From Vibrio alginolyticus NBRC 15630 = ATCC 17749 (GTDB lineage: Bacteria > Pseudomonadota > Gammaproteobacteria > Enterobacterales > Vibrionaceae), in contig NC_022359.1 in the NCBI RefSeq assembly GCF_000354175.2, positions 1,200,001 through 1,232,000 of the forward strand: a DNA stretch of 32,000 nucleotides. Direction: 5' to 3'. The notes below the pieces were generated by a model. That model saw only the letters and a list, made by a program, of their open reading frames with translations, did not search any database and was not told the origin of the DNA. A program made the position numbers and the translations under genes. The first letter of the stretch is position 1; every line of letters begins with the position of its first letter. Below, in pieces: positions 1 through 9,277 of the stretch.

Positions 1-581
<581 letters not shown>

Positions 582-635
582 GTGAAACGATGTTCATCGA
601 TAGATGCGTAAACAAAGTTGATGAATAAGTAAGAG

Positions 636-664
636 AGGCGGGCGAAAAGCTCGCCTTTTTCTTT
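636..664 (+). terminator. Rho-independent terminator downstream of katG
   Basis: aggcgggc/gctcgcct forms an 8-bp stem with one G-U pair and a gaaaa loop, followed by tttttcttt. Confidence 0.6.
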
Positions 665-674
665 ACCTATCTTT

Positions 675-698
675 TTACTTTGATTGTTACTTTGATTG
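675..698. promoter_or_regulatory. Perfect tandem direct repeat 2 x ttactttgattg upstream of the TA operon (candidate antitoxin operator)
   Basis: The 12-mers at 675-686 and 687-698 are identical and lie about 58 bp upstream of the antitoxin ATG at 756. Confidence 0.35.
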
Positions 699-755
699 AA
701 AATTAAGCTCATTTGAACCATAATAACCGGACCATATGAACCACAGGAGCTTGAT

Positions 756-1208
756 ATGGCAACTGCAGCATTAAAAAGCTTCAAACCGAAACAACCTCAT
801 AAAGCCAATTTCTGGTTTATGTTGGGTATTGAAGACGCTGAAACAGGTCGCACTGATGCGGTTCACAAAGGCTTTGAGCCAAAGGTGTATCGCAATATTG
901 TTGAGCGTGTGAAGCTTTCTCAGAGTGAGTTTCAAAACGTCACATTGATACCTGTTAGCACGATCAAGCGTCGTCTAAAAAACGATGAGCGCTTCAATAC
1001 GCAAGAAAGTGATGCAATCTATCGATTAGCGATGTTATTGAAACTCGCGACAGAACTGTTTGACGACGAAGAGCGCGCGTTAAAATGGATGAGAGAGAAT
1101 GTGTATGGCTTAGGTGGAAAACGTCCACTTGATATGGTCTCGACCACGGTGGATTTTGAAATCGTAAAAGATTTGATCGGCCGTTTAGAGCACGGGGTAT
1201 TCTCGTAA
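756..1208 (+). CDS. Xre/ParS/MbcA-type antitoxin (DUF2384 toxin-binding domain) of a RES-Xre TA pair
   Basis: 150 aa. The C-terminal pattern ...LFDDEERALKWMRENVYGLGGKRPLDMVSTTVDFEIVKDLIGRLEHGVF is typical of DUF2384. AGGAG lies 6 nt before the ATG, and the stop is 1 nt before the toxin ATG. Confidence 0.8.
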   Translation: MATAALKSFKPKQPHKANFWFMLGIEDAETGRTDAVHKGFEPKVYRNIVERVKLSQSEFQNVTLIPVSTIKRRLKNDERFNTQESDAIYRLAMLLKLATELFDDEERALKWMRENVYGLGGKRPLDMVSTTVDFEIVKDLIGRLEHGVFS

Positions 1209-1209
1209 T

Positions 1210-1680
1210 ATGAAGCTCTATCGTCTCACACAAAAGAAATTTGCTGACACGCCATTCAGCCCCGTTGGCGCAAAGTTATTTGGAGGGCGATGGAACTCAA
1301 AAGGAACCGAAGCCCTCTACTTCTCTGAATCGGAATCCCTTTGTTCGTTGGAAGTGTTTGTTCACGTAAACAACGATCCTGCTATCACCAAACTTTACGA
1401 TTTATATCGTATTGAAATGCCAGAATACCTCATCGCCACCTTAGATGAAGAAGATCTCCCTGTGACGTGGCGAGCAATACCGGCGAGCGAGTCTACGCAG
1501 TACATTGGTGATCAGTTTCTCAATGATCCTCATCCAGAGTTTGCCGCGCTGCAAGTGCCTTCAACGATTTCACCTCGTGATAAAAACTACGTGGTGAATC
1601 CAAATCATCCCAAAATGAAAGAGATCATCAAGAAAGCCGAAAAGCTCGATTTCGCGTTTGATCCGCGCATTTTCAAATAG
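1210..1680 (+). CDS. RES-domain toxin (NAD+-degrading/ADP-ribosylating RES family)
   Basis: 156 aa. Matches RES-domain features: FGGRWNSKG (R), ALYFSESESLCSLEV (E), LQVPSTISPRDKNYVVNP (S). Translationally coupled to the upstream antitoxin. Confidence 0.85.
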   Translation: MKLYRLTQKKFADTPFSPVGAKLFGGRWNSKGTEALYFSESESLCSLEVFVHVNNDPAITKLYDLYRIEMPEYLIATLDEEDLPVTWRAIPASESTQYIGDQFLNDPHPEFAALQVPSTISPRDKNYVVNPNHPKMKEIIKKAEKLDFAFDPRIFK

Positions 1681-1710
1681 ACGCCTAGCTTTGTCTTGCT
1701 TTAAAGCATT

Positions 1711-1735
1711 CAGCGCTTACCTGAGATAAGCGCTG
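1711..1735. terminator. Hairpin between convergent genes (possible bidirectional terminator)
   Basis: cagcgctta / taagcgctg is a perfect 9-bp stem with a 7-nt loop. The flanking T/A runs are weak. Confidence 0.45.
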
Positions 1736-1759
1736 CAGCATAAAAGTTTATTTCCTTGG

Positions 1760-3610
1760 TTATTGTCGATCGTAAGTGAACTGTTGCGCTTCATTTGTAG
1801 TGTTGAGGTAATGCCCAAGCACCAACTCAGCACCTTTGTAAGATAAATGGCTGTCATCCGTATACATCGCATTGTTTGCTCCAACTCTCATTCGACATAC
1901 GCCATTTCTGCAAATGGCATCGGTCAAGTCGACAAACTCAACGTGCTCAAATTGCTCAAAGTAGTTCACTAACTTCGCCACGTTTTGAGGGTGATGTTGT
2001 TTGGGAGAAAAGTCGCAGGCAGACTCTTCTGTCTCGCCAAACAAACGCGCTTTCCAAAGGCATTCTCCTACCGCAAACGGTGCAGAAGGGGTTGGACCGA
2101 AAACGACCACTTCCTTTCCTTTCAGTTCATTCAATAATTTGGTTAATGATGCTTCATAATCGGCTTGTGAAAGCTCTTTATTGAAATTAGAAGAGATAAC
2201 AACGCGACGAATGGAAGGGGTACTTAGAATTGTATCGACAGCCTCATTGAAGAACTGTCGGCAAGGAACTGAGCCAGCACCTTTGATGGTGTCGACATAA
2301 CCGACCGCACAGGAATCTTGAGTAAGTTGCACCACGCCAGTTGGTGTTACTTCGGATAGACGCTTCACGTAAACCATGCTGTGACTATTGCCTAACACAG
2401 CGATGTCGGGCTGCGGCGCAGACGAGCACACATCGTTAACGTTGGTGTTGCCGTTGCAATCTAAACCATAACCGTTGTTAACGCGCATGGCCTCGAAAAA
2501 TGCGCTTCTTTCTGGAAAACCACCGTTTTTATGACCGATAACGCCGAACGTTAGCAAGGGCAACGTCAACAACACAATAACCACGGACGCAGTGCGCATA
2601 CTCATGGCTTTTCGGCTACGGAACGGCTTTTCAATAAAGCGCCAAGTGAAGTAAGAAAGTACAAAAAGAGTGACAACGTAAAGTGGGATATTGATGTCTT
2701 GTGTTGCATCCAACACGTAGCGGTAAAAGACAAATAATGGAATGTGCCACAAGTATAAGCTGTAGCTGATTAAGCCGACGAACACGACCCACTTTAGGCT
2801 CAGTAATCTACCGCAGACATTGTCTTTAGAGGCAAACAAAATCACCAACGCGCTACCGATGACCGGCACCAGCAGCGTAATGCCCGCACCATCTTGCGAT
2901 TTTTCAAACAAAAGCGCGGAAGCCAATATCAAAACGATGCCAATGGTTGCCAGCGTATCGTTAGATTGAACTTGGACTTTTCTCATCACTAATGCGAGTA
3001 ATGAACCGGTTGCCAGTTCCCAAGCACGAGAGAAGATCATGTAAAAAGCGAAATCAGGATCGTTGCTCGCGTAGACAATAGTCATCAAACTCAGCGCAAA
3101 TACCGCGATGAAAAAAGTCAGGTAAAACGCGTTTTTGCCACGAGCGAGTAGCATGAGTAGCAAAGGAATGACAATGTAGTATTGTTCTTCAACGCCCAAG
3201 CTCCAAGTGTGAAACAGCGGGTTGGCTTGATCTTCTAAACCGAAGTAATTGTGGCCTTTTAAATACAGAAGAATGTTGGATGAGGAAAGAATGGAAGATA
3301 CTGCAAACTGACCAACGTCTTTGTGTGCTTGCGGCAAAAATAGCCACCAAGACATCAAATAGCTGACGGCGATCACCACCAGTAAGAGGGGGAGTATGCG
3401 ACGAATGCGTCGCTCATAAAAATCACCAAGGTTGAACTTCTGGTTTTCTAAGTCGTTAATCACGATGGTGGTGATCAAATAGCCGCTGATCACAAAAAAC
3501 ACGTCGACGCCAATAAAGCCACCAGCGAATTGCTCAACTCCTGCATGAAACAAAATCACCAACGTGACAGCAATCGCCCTTAATCCGTCTACTTCTGCTC
3601 TGTAAGTCAT
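1760..3610 (-). CDS. Acyltransferase family 3 membrane protein with C-terminal SGNH domain (OafA/YrhL-like O-acetyltransferase)
   Basis: MTYRAEVDGLRAIAVTLVILFHAG... is followed by about 10 hydrophobic helices and then a soluble Cys-containing C-terminal domain. The ORF is open to 3628, but GGAG precedes the ATG at 3610. Confidence 0.8.
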   Translation of the reverse strand: MTYRAEVDGLRAIAVTLVILFHAGVEQFAGGFIGVDVFFVISGYLITTIVINDLENQKFNLGDFYERRIRRILPLLLVVIAVSYLMSWWLFLPQAHKDVGQFAVSSILSSSNILLYLKGHNYFGLEDQANPLFHTWSLGVEEQYYIVIPLLLMLLARGKNAFYLTFFIAVFALSLMTIVYASNDPDFAFYMIFSRAWELATGSLLALVMRKVQVQSNDTLATIGIVLILASALLFEKSQDGAGITLLVPVIGSALVILFASKDNVCGRLLSLKWVVFVGLISYSLYLWHIPLFVFYRYVLDATQDINIPLYVVTLFVLSYFTWRFIEKPFRSRKAMSMRTASVVIVLLTLPLLTFGVIGHKNGGFPERSAFFEAMRVNNGYGLDCNGNTNVNDVCSSAPQPDIAVLGNSHSMVYVKRLSEVTPTGVVQLTQDSCAVGYVDTIKGAGSVPCRQFFNEAVDTILSTPSIRRVVISSNFNKELSQADYEASLTKLLNELKGKEVVVFGPTPSAPFAVGECLWKARLFGETEESACDFSPKQHHPQNVAKLVNYFEQFEHVEFVDLTDAICRNGVCRMRVGANNAMYTDDSHLSYKGAELVLGHYLNTTNEAQQFTYDRQ

Positions 3611-3738
3611 ATCGTGTTGCTCCAACATTCCGTTTAATGAAGTAGAGCAAAATATGAACCAGAAATAATATTTATTTAAATCAGTACCTTAAATTGATTG
3701 TCAAAATGAAAATGCTAGGTGGGTTAACGAATTCCCAA

Positions 3739-3751
3739 ATTGAATTTCAAT
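3739..3751. promoter_or_regulatory. Palindrome ATTGAAtTTCAAT in the divergent intergenic region
   Basis: Perfect 6-bp arms. A near-identical copy, aattgaaatttcaatat, occurs at 15968-15981. Confidence 0.25.
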
Positions 3752-3851
3752 ATGGAAACCCCATAAAGAATGATCTTAAGAAGCGCTAAATCAAAGAACG
3801 TAAAGCGCGAGGCACTTAGACTTCATTGAAAATGATTACGCTAAAGAAACG

Positions 3852-4127
3852 ATGACAGAGAATACGATTCAGGAAAAAATTGCCAGCTTTACTTGTATCG
3901 AAGAGGCTTTGAATTACTTCGACATCGAGTTTGATAGCCGATTTATCGAAAACAATCGAACCGAGTTGGTTAAGAGGTTTCACGGCTACTTAATCCTCAC
4001 TAAACCGGATGATTGGTTTTCAGGTCGTCGTGCTTTAAAGAATGCTTACTGTAAAGTACAACGCAGTTTGCTCAGTAAAACGACGCGCTCTGCGTGCCGA
4101 GGTTGTACATCTTGTCAAAGACGTTAA
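3852..4127 (+). CDS. Small NifW-like protein (nitrogenase-stabilising protein family resemblance) with a Cys-rich tail
   Basis: 91 aa. IEEALNYFDIEFDSRFIENNRTELVKRFHGYL resembles the NifW N-terminal pattern (AEEF..F.v.yD..vv.vnRLHILkRF..YL), recalled from memory. The tail is CRGCTSCQRR. Confidence 0.45.
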   Translation: MTENTIQEKIASFTCIEEALNYFDIEFDSRFIENNRTELVKRFHGYLILTKPDDWFSGRRALKNAYCKVQRSLLSKTTRSACRGCTSCQRR

Positions 4128-4144
4128 TTCTGGTGGCTTGCCTA

Positions 4145-4193
4145 AAAAGAACCCTGCATCTTGGTGTCACAGGGGGAAGAGCAAGGTTCTTTT
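4145..4193. terminator. Bidirectional terminator-like hairpin between convergent genes
   Basis: aaaagaacc ... ggttctttt is a perfect 9-bp outer stem with an inner cctg/cagg pairing. T-runs are present on both strands. Confidence 0.45.
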
Positions 4194-4244
4194 GGTTTCG
4201 CTATTGGTTTGTCGCGAGTTACGAATCAGCTTTACGTAGATGAA

Positions 4245-5345
4245 TTAACCCGCGTGATACGCAGGGTAGTCCACCAAGCCTTTTTCACCGCCGCCGAACA
4301 ATGTGGCAGGGTCATGTTCTGCCAGCGGATAGCCATGCTTGATGCGGCTTGGTAAGTCTGGGTTTGCAACAAACGGACGGCCAAAGCCAATCATGTCGGC
4401 TAAACCACTTTCAATCGCGTGTTGCGCCTTTTCTGCGTTGTAACGACCGGCATAGATCAGTGTGCCTTTATACGCCTCACGAACTGCGGTTTTAAAGTCG
4501 TGCGGAGTGTCTGGCGCGTCGTCCCAATCCACTTCTGCAATGTGAATGTAAACCACATTGAGTTTATCAAGCAGCGCTGCAGCGGCGGTGTAGGTTTCGA
4601 CTGGCGTACTATCAACGGTGCCATTTAACGAAGTGAATGGTGCAAGACGAACACCAACACGCTCAGCGCCAATAGCTTGCGTCATCGCCTCTACCACTTC
4701 ACCAAGAAAACGCAGACGGTTTTCAATTGAGCCACCGTATTCATCGGTGCGGTTATTCGCTTCAGAATCGATAAACTGGTTAACCAAGTAGCCATTCGCT
4801 GCATGAAGCTCGATACCATCGAATCCGGCTTCTATCGCGTTTAGGGCGGCTTGGCGGTACTCTTCAATAACGTTCTTGATGTCTTGTTTGGTCATTTCAC
4901 GTGGCTCAACCACGTCGACAAAACCCGGTTCGTCTGTGCCGTTATCGACAAATACTTTCACGTTTTCTGCTTTTAGCGCAGAAGAAGAAATAGGCTGCTC
5001 ACCGCCAATGTTATCAGGGTGAGTCACGCGACCAACGTGCCACAATTGCGCGAAGATAGTGCCGCCATTCTCGTGCACCGCATTAGTTACCTTTTTCCAG
5101 CCAGCAATTTGCTCTGGGCTGTAAATGCCTGGTGTCCATGCATAGCCTTGACCCATTGGCGAAATTTGTGTGCCTTCAGCAACGATTAGGCCCGCTTCAG
5201 CACGTTGAGCATAGTAGGTCGCCATCATATCGTTAGCGATATTACCTGGTTGAGAAGCACGAGAGCGCGTCATCGGAGGCATAACGATACGGTTTTTTAA
5301 TGAGAGAGAGCCAAGTTGAATGGGTTGAAATAATGCGTCTGTCAT
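4245..5345 (-). CDS. nemA: Old Yellow Enzyme family NADH:flavin oxidoreductase / N-ethylmaleimide (alkene) reductase
   Basis: 366 aa. MPPMTRSRA, HAANGYLVNQFIDS and GFGRPFVANPDLP are typical OYE/NemA motifs. The gene lies 11 nt downstream of gloA. Confidence 0.85.
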   Translation of the reverse strand: MTDALFQPIQLGSLSLKNRIVMPPMTRSRASQPGNIANDMMATYYAQRAEAGLIVAEGTQISPMGQGYAWTPGIYSPEQIAGWKKVTNAVHENGGTIFAQLWHVGRVTHPDNIGGEQPISSSALKAENVKVFVDNGTDEPGFVDVVEPREMTKQDIKNVIEEYRQAALNAIEAGFDGIELHAANGYLVNQFIDSEANNRTDEYGGSIENRLRFLGEVVEAMTQAIGAERVGVRLAPFTSLNGTVDSTPVETYTAAAALLDKLNVVYIHIAEVDWDDAPDTPHDFKTAVREAYKGTLIYAGRYNAEKAQHAIESGLADMIGFGRPFVANPDLPSRIKHGYPLAEHDPATLFGGGEKGLVDYPAYHAG

Positions 5346-5356
5346 AGGAAACCTCG

Positions 5357-5743
5357 TTATTTTTGAGTTTGGATGAGTTCGATTTGGTAACCATCGGGAT
5401 CTTTAATGAAGGCGATGTGAGTTTCTCCGCCTTTCATTGGACCTGGCTCGCGAGTAACGTTGCCACCAAGCGCTTTGATTTTTTCGCAAGCGGCGTAAAT
5501 ATCTTCAGACCCTAGTGCCATGTGTCCGAATGCGTTACCCAAGTCGTAACTGTCGGTATCCCAGTTATAAGTTAGCTCGATGGTCGCGCCATCTGGTTGA
5601 TCAGGGTTACCAACAAACACCAGTGAGTAACGGTATTCTTGGTTTTCAAAACGATCCAAAACACTCATTCCCAGAACCTTTGTATAAAATTCGATCGATT
5701 TGTCTAGGTCAGCAACACGGATCATCGTGTGGAGAAACTTCAT
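5357..5743 (-). CDS. gloA: Lactoylglutathione lyase (glyoxalase I)
   Basis: [26 protein letters not shown]...[13 protein letters not shown] lies 6 nt upstream of the ATG at 5743. The ORF is open to 5758, but that ATG has no SD. Confidence 0.9.
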   Translation of the reverse strand: MKFLHTMIRVADLDKSIEFYTKVLGMSVLDRFENQEYRYSLVFVGNPDQPDGATIELTYNWDTDSYDLGNAFGHMALGSEDIYAACEKIKALGGNVTREPGPMKGGETHIAFIKDPDGYQIELIQTQK

Positions 5744-5954
5744 AAGTCGCCTTTTCATAACGTTGCGTAATCACTATGCAAACCATATCGCCACTCTAAA
5801 TAAACTGGAAATTATCGTTAATTATTAAAATGATTATTTAGTGTTATGAAAAGCGAGGTTGCTGGCCCTGCAACATGCAAACAAAGATTACTCGCCGTTT
5901 CTTTTTAATTGTTGGCATATGCTAATTACTCTTTTGAGAAACCGAGTAACTATC

Positions 5955-6383
5955 ATGTCTACAAACAGCTATTGTCATTACACTCACGAATCTCATCATC
6001 AATGTGCGGTTTGTTCTTCAATTAATGTGAATCCGAACTCTTTGGCCGTGAACTACCAATACCTAGCCGATGGTTCTGTTGTCGGAGAGTTTCACGTTTT
6101 ACCGCGTCATCAAGGTTACACAGACCTGTTGCATGGTGGTATTGCCAGTTCGCTTCTCGATGGTGCAATGACGCATTGTTTGTTATCTAGAGACATTCAA
6201 GCCCTTACGGCGCAGTTGGATGTGCGCTACCATGCACCTATTCAGTTAGATGATCGAGTCACGATTACTGCACACTGTGAAGGTGAACGACGCGGTATAT
6301 ATCAACTGGTGGCTCAATTGCGGGTCAATAGCGAAGTTAGAGTGACGGCTAAAGGGAAGTTTATTCGTCCTAAAAAGGCATAA
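5955..6383 (+). CDS. PaaI/hotdog-fold thioesterase with N-terminal CxxC element
   Basis: QCAVCSSINVNPNSLAVNY...LLHGGIASSLLDGAM matches the PaaI-type thioesterase pattern. The start is uncertain (alternatives at 5859 TTG and 5919 ATG). Confidence 0.65.
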   Translation: MSTNSYCHYTHESHHQCAVCSSINVNPNSLAVNYQYLADGSVVGEFHVLPRHQGYTDLLHGGIASSLLDGAMTHCLLSRDIQALTAQLDVRYHAPIQLDDRVTITAHCEGERRGIYQLVAQLRVNSEVRVTAKGKFIRPKKA

Positions 6384-6409
6384 ATAAAAACGTGTTCTAC
6401 GGAGAGGCA

Positions 6410-6799
6410 ATGAAGAAATTTGATGAGCTGTATGCAATTGCGACGAGAAAATCTCAATATGACCAAACCAACACTTGGTTTAAAGGCGTAGAGACTTATC
6501 TGGAGGCCATTGGCAAAGAAGTTGATGAAGTCCGCGAAGAGATTCGTGAGGATCGCCTTTGTCATTTGGAAGACGAGTTAGGCGATGTGTTGTGGAACTA
6601 TCTTAACGTATTAAAAGCGCTGGAAAGAGAAAAGGGTATAGATCCTGAGAAAGTACTCGAAAGAGCCTGCAACAAATACGATCAGCGTGTATCTGCGATT
6701 GAGTCGGGACGCAGTTGGGATGAGATAAAACAGCAGCAGAAACAAGCCTTGAACGCAGAGCATGAAGCCGCGCAGTTAGAAGATGTAAAGAGCCAATAA
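6410..6799 (+). CDS. MazG-like nucleotide pyrophosphohydrolase domain protein
   Basis: EVDEVREEI...LEDELGDVLWNYLNV are the EExE/D-type MazG motifs. GGAGAGG sits just upstream of the ATG at 6410. Confidence 0.7.
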   Translation: MKKFDELYAIATRKSQYDQTNTWFKGVETYLEAIGKEVDEVREEIREDRLCHLEDELGDVLWNYLNVLKALEREKGIDPEKVLERACNKYDQRVSAIESGRSWDEIKQQQKQALNAEHEAAQLEDVKSQ

Positions 6800-6842
6800 C
6801 TGCGCTTGGTATTGAAAGGATAGGTTAATAGAGAATACCTAG

Positions 6843-7718
6843 TCAGCCCTTGGAGCTGTTGACCAACAGTAGGTCACAAGGTGGTTGATCAAGTAACGTG
6901 TCTACAGTGCTGCCAGACCAAAATTGAGATGACATGCTTCGTTTACATGCCCCCATAATCAAAATCGCTGCTTGTGATTGCTTAACTGCTTTTGGTAACG
7001 CCGTTTCAGGGTTTCCTTCCGGTAATAGTAATGGAACTCGCGTTAACTTTTGCGCAGTAATAAAATCTGTAATGCCTGCTTTTTGATTGCTTAATATCTC
7101 TGCACGATAGCGAGAGAGGTATGGCGCGACGTATCGGCAGTAAACGAGCGTCATTTTCCCGCTTAAGGTTTGTTCTAATTTTGAGCCTCGCGAGACGATG
7201 GCTTTATCTACTATCGACTTTTCATCCCCTCGATGAAGTGGGTCGATTGCACAAAGCATGTTGGCGTGAGAAGGCCATGAACGCTCACTCAGTAGCAACA
7301 AGTCGCAATCTTGTTGTGCTAGTTCTGTGAGCATCGTTTGAATCTCGTGTTTGTTAAAGTGTCCCACGAGCAGTAAGTCAGTGTGGTCAACAAGTCGTTT
7401 CGCAACTTGCTCAACCCAATGGCTCCCTTTGAAATGCTCGTAAGAGAGCGTTGGTGTTTCAAGCTCTTCTTCTTCACAAAGTTCGACAATTAATGCGTTG
7501 AACTTTAAGGTCCAAGCTTCAAACTCAGCTTGTCTTTTTTCTATATGGTCAGAGTTGAAACTGAGAAAATGAGCGAATGCGTGATCTTCACTTCGGCGAC
7601 GGTCTTCCACTAAAACTACAATAGGCTGAGCCAGCGCTGTCGAAAATTGAATCACTTTACGAAGCACCTTACGACTTGGTAAGGCGGCCTGCTGAGTCAG
7701 AAAAAATACAGGTGCCAT
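6843..7718 (-). CDS. Tandem universal stress protein (UspE-like)
   Basis: 291 aa. The second half (...LCAIDPLHRGDEKS...LVYC...ILIMGACKRSMSSQFWSGSTVDTLLDQPPCDLLLV) follows the Usp-domain C-terminal pattern. Confidence 0.55.
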   Translation of the reverse strand: MAPVFFLTQQAALPSRKVLRKVIQFSTALAQPIVVLVEDRRRSEDHAFAHFLSFNSDHIEKRQAEFEAWTLKFNALIVELCEEEELETPTLSYEHFKGSHWVEQVAKRLVDHTDLLLVGHFNKHEIQTMLTELAQQDCDLLLLSERSWPSHANMLCAIDPLHRGDEKSIVDKAIVSRGSKLEQTLSGKMTLVYCRYVAPYLSRYRAEILSNQKAGITDFITAQKLTRVPLLLPEGNPETALPKAVKQSQAAILIMGACKRSMSSQFWSGSTVDTLLDQPPCDLLLVNSSKG

Positions 7719-7933
7719 TGATTACTCCATTATCAAACAAGGCGAATGAGCCTGACACACATTCAAGTCTATACCATGAACTGATGCAGAGGCGTTTTGT
7801 TTCTGCGAGCGAAATATAAATTCCGCAATTAAGTCAACTATCGCCTAGAATTTTAACATCAAGAATTCATGCCTTCGGATAGCACATATCGTCAATACGG
7901 CGAATGTGGTAGTGAAAGCTATAGGTAAAAGTA

Positions 7934-9277
7934 ATGATAGATTCCAACCAATTGCAAATTAACCGCAAAGTGCCACATTTGCTTGCTGAGATCATTAAAG
8001 CGATAGAATCGACCGAAGACTTGAGCTTTTTGAAAGACTATCAAGAAGCACAGATTGCGAACATTTTGGAATCGGTCAACATTGCTTACCGTAAGCGTGT
8101 CATAGAAGCAGTGCCGCCTGAGAAGTATTGGACGGTATTAAATTTGCTCCGATACGACACCGCCAAGCACATTCATCAATCACTCAATAAAGACTTACAA
8201 CATGAACGCTTGGCGTACATAACGGATTCAGAACTGATCATCTTTGCGGACTTTCTACCGACCGAATTTGTAGATGAATACCTTATTGATCAAAGTGAAG
8301 AGTCTGTCGCGCATATCCAACAAGCATTGTCGTATGAAGACAACAAAGTTGGACGTTATGCCGAGCCTCACTTTCTGGTCGCAAACCCTAAAAACAGCGT
8401 AGGAGGCATCAAAACCGAGCTGCTAAAACGTGGGCAAAGTCCAGTGCGGTTGATTATTGTGCGTGATGCGAGTGGTGTGATTGGTACGATAGAGCCGCAA
8501 ACCCTGTTGATGCACGAAAATCATATCAAACTTACCGACTTGACCGTAGTTACGCCAATTCTAGAAGATATTCAAACGATTCAAAGCGTCAGCAAACAAG
8601 TCTCGATTGATGGTGGAGCACATTGGTTTCCTATCATGGCTGGTGGCAAAATTATGGGCGTCTTGTCGATGGCGACCATCGCGATTACGTTGCGCGAACT
8701 CAGCCTACAAGCTGTAGTGGCAGAAAACGTACGAAGCGAAGAAGATTTGTTCACACCATTAAGCGTGGCGACAAGGTTAAGAGCACTTTGGCTAGTGATT
8801 AACTTGCTGACCGCTTTCGTAGCCTCCGCCATCATTGGGCTTTTTGATAATGTGGTCGAGCAAGTCGTTGCGCTTGCGATCTTAATGCCTGTCGTGGCGA
8901 GCATGGGCGGCATCGCGGGTAGCCAAACCTTAGCGGTGGCCATTCGAGGTATCGCACTAAACCACTTGCACCAAAGTAACTTGAAGCTATTGGTGAATAA
9001 GGAATTAAAAATCGCCACCATTAATGGCTTGATCATGGGATTAGTCATCGCGGGTGTCGTCTACATGGTGTTTGACTCTTGGCCATTGGCGCTTATTATC
9101 TGTTGTGCAATTTTCCTCAATAGTTTGGCGGCCGCGGCATCGGGGACGTTGATACCATTCACGTTGAAGAAGTTTAACATTGACCCCGCCGTGGCTGGCT
9201 CGGTAGTATTGACGACCGTTACCGATGTCGTCGGTTTCTTTGCGTTCTTAGGCTTAGGTGCCATTTTCTTGATATAG
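7934..9277 (+). CDS. mgtE: Magnesium transporter MgtE
   Basis: 447 aa with an N-domain, a CBS region and a five-TM C-terminal domain. Motifs include PVVASMGGIAGSQTLAVAIRGIAL and VTDVVGFFAFLGLG. Confidence 0.9.
   Translation: MIDSNQLQINRKVPHLLAEIIKAIESTEDLSFLKDYQEAQIANILESVNIAYRKRVIEAVPPEKYWTVLNLLRYDTAKHIHQSLNKDLQHERLAYITDSELIIFADFLPTEFVDEYLIDQSEESVAHIQQALSYEDNKVGRYAEPHFLVANPKNSVGGIKTELLKRGQSPVRLIIVRDASGVIGTIEPQTLLMHENHIKLTDLTVVTPILEDIQTIQSVSKQVSIDGGAHWFPIMAGGKIMGVLSMATIAITLRELSLQAVVAENVRSEEDLFTPLSVATRLRALWLVINLLTAFVASAIIGLFDNVVEQVVALAILMPVVASMGGIAGSQTLAVAIRGIALNHLHQSNLKLLVNKELKIATINGLIMGLVIAGVVYMVFDSWPLALIICCAIFLNSLAAAASGTLIPFTLKKFNIDPAVAGSVVLTTVTDVVGFFAFLGLGAIFLI

Noticed and set aside
7719-7933. 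Possible Mg2+-sensing M-box (ykoK) riboswitch upstream of mgtE
   Set aside because: I could not find the conserved M-box core elements as I remember them, and the region reads as a plain AT-rich divergent promoter. A covariance-model scan (Rfam RF00380) would settle it.
8581-9048. Long antisense or alternative-frame ORFs within well-supported genes (for example 8581-9048, 9712-10035, 9785-10039, 14241-14564, 19077-19421, 20101-20437, 30797-31207, 31698-31907)
   Set aside because: Each lies entirely within a gene that has strong family signatures on the other strand or frame. Their compositions (Ser/Arg/Cys-rich, no SD) are typical of spurious shadow ORFs.
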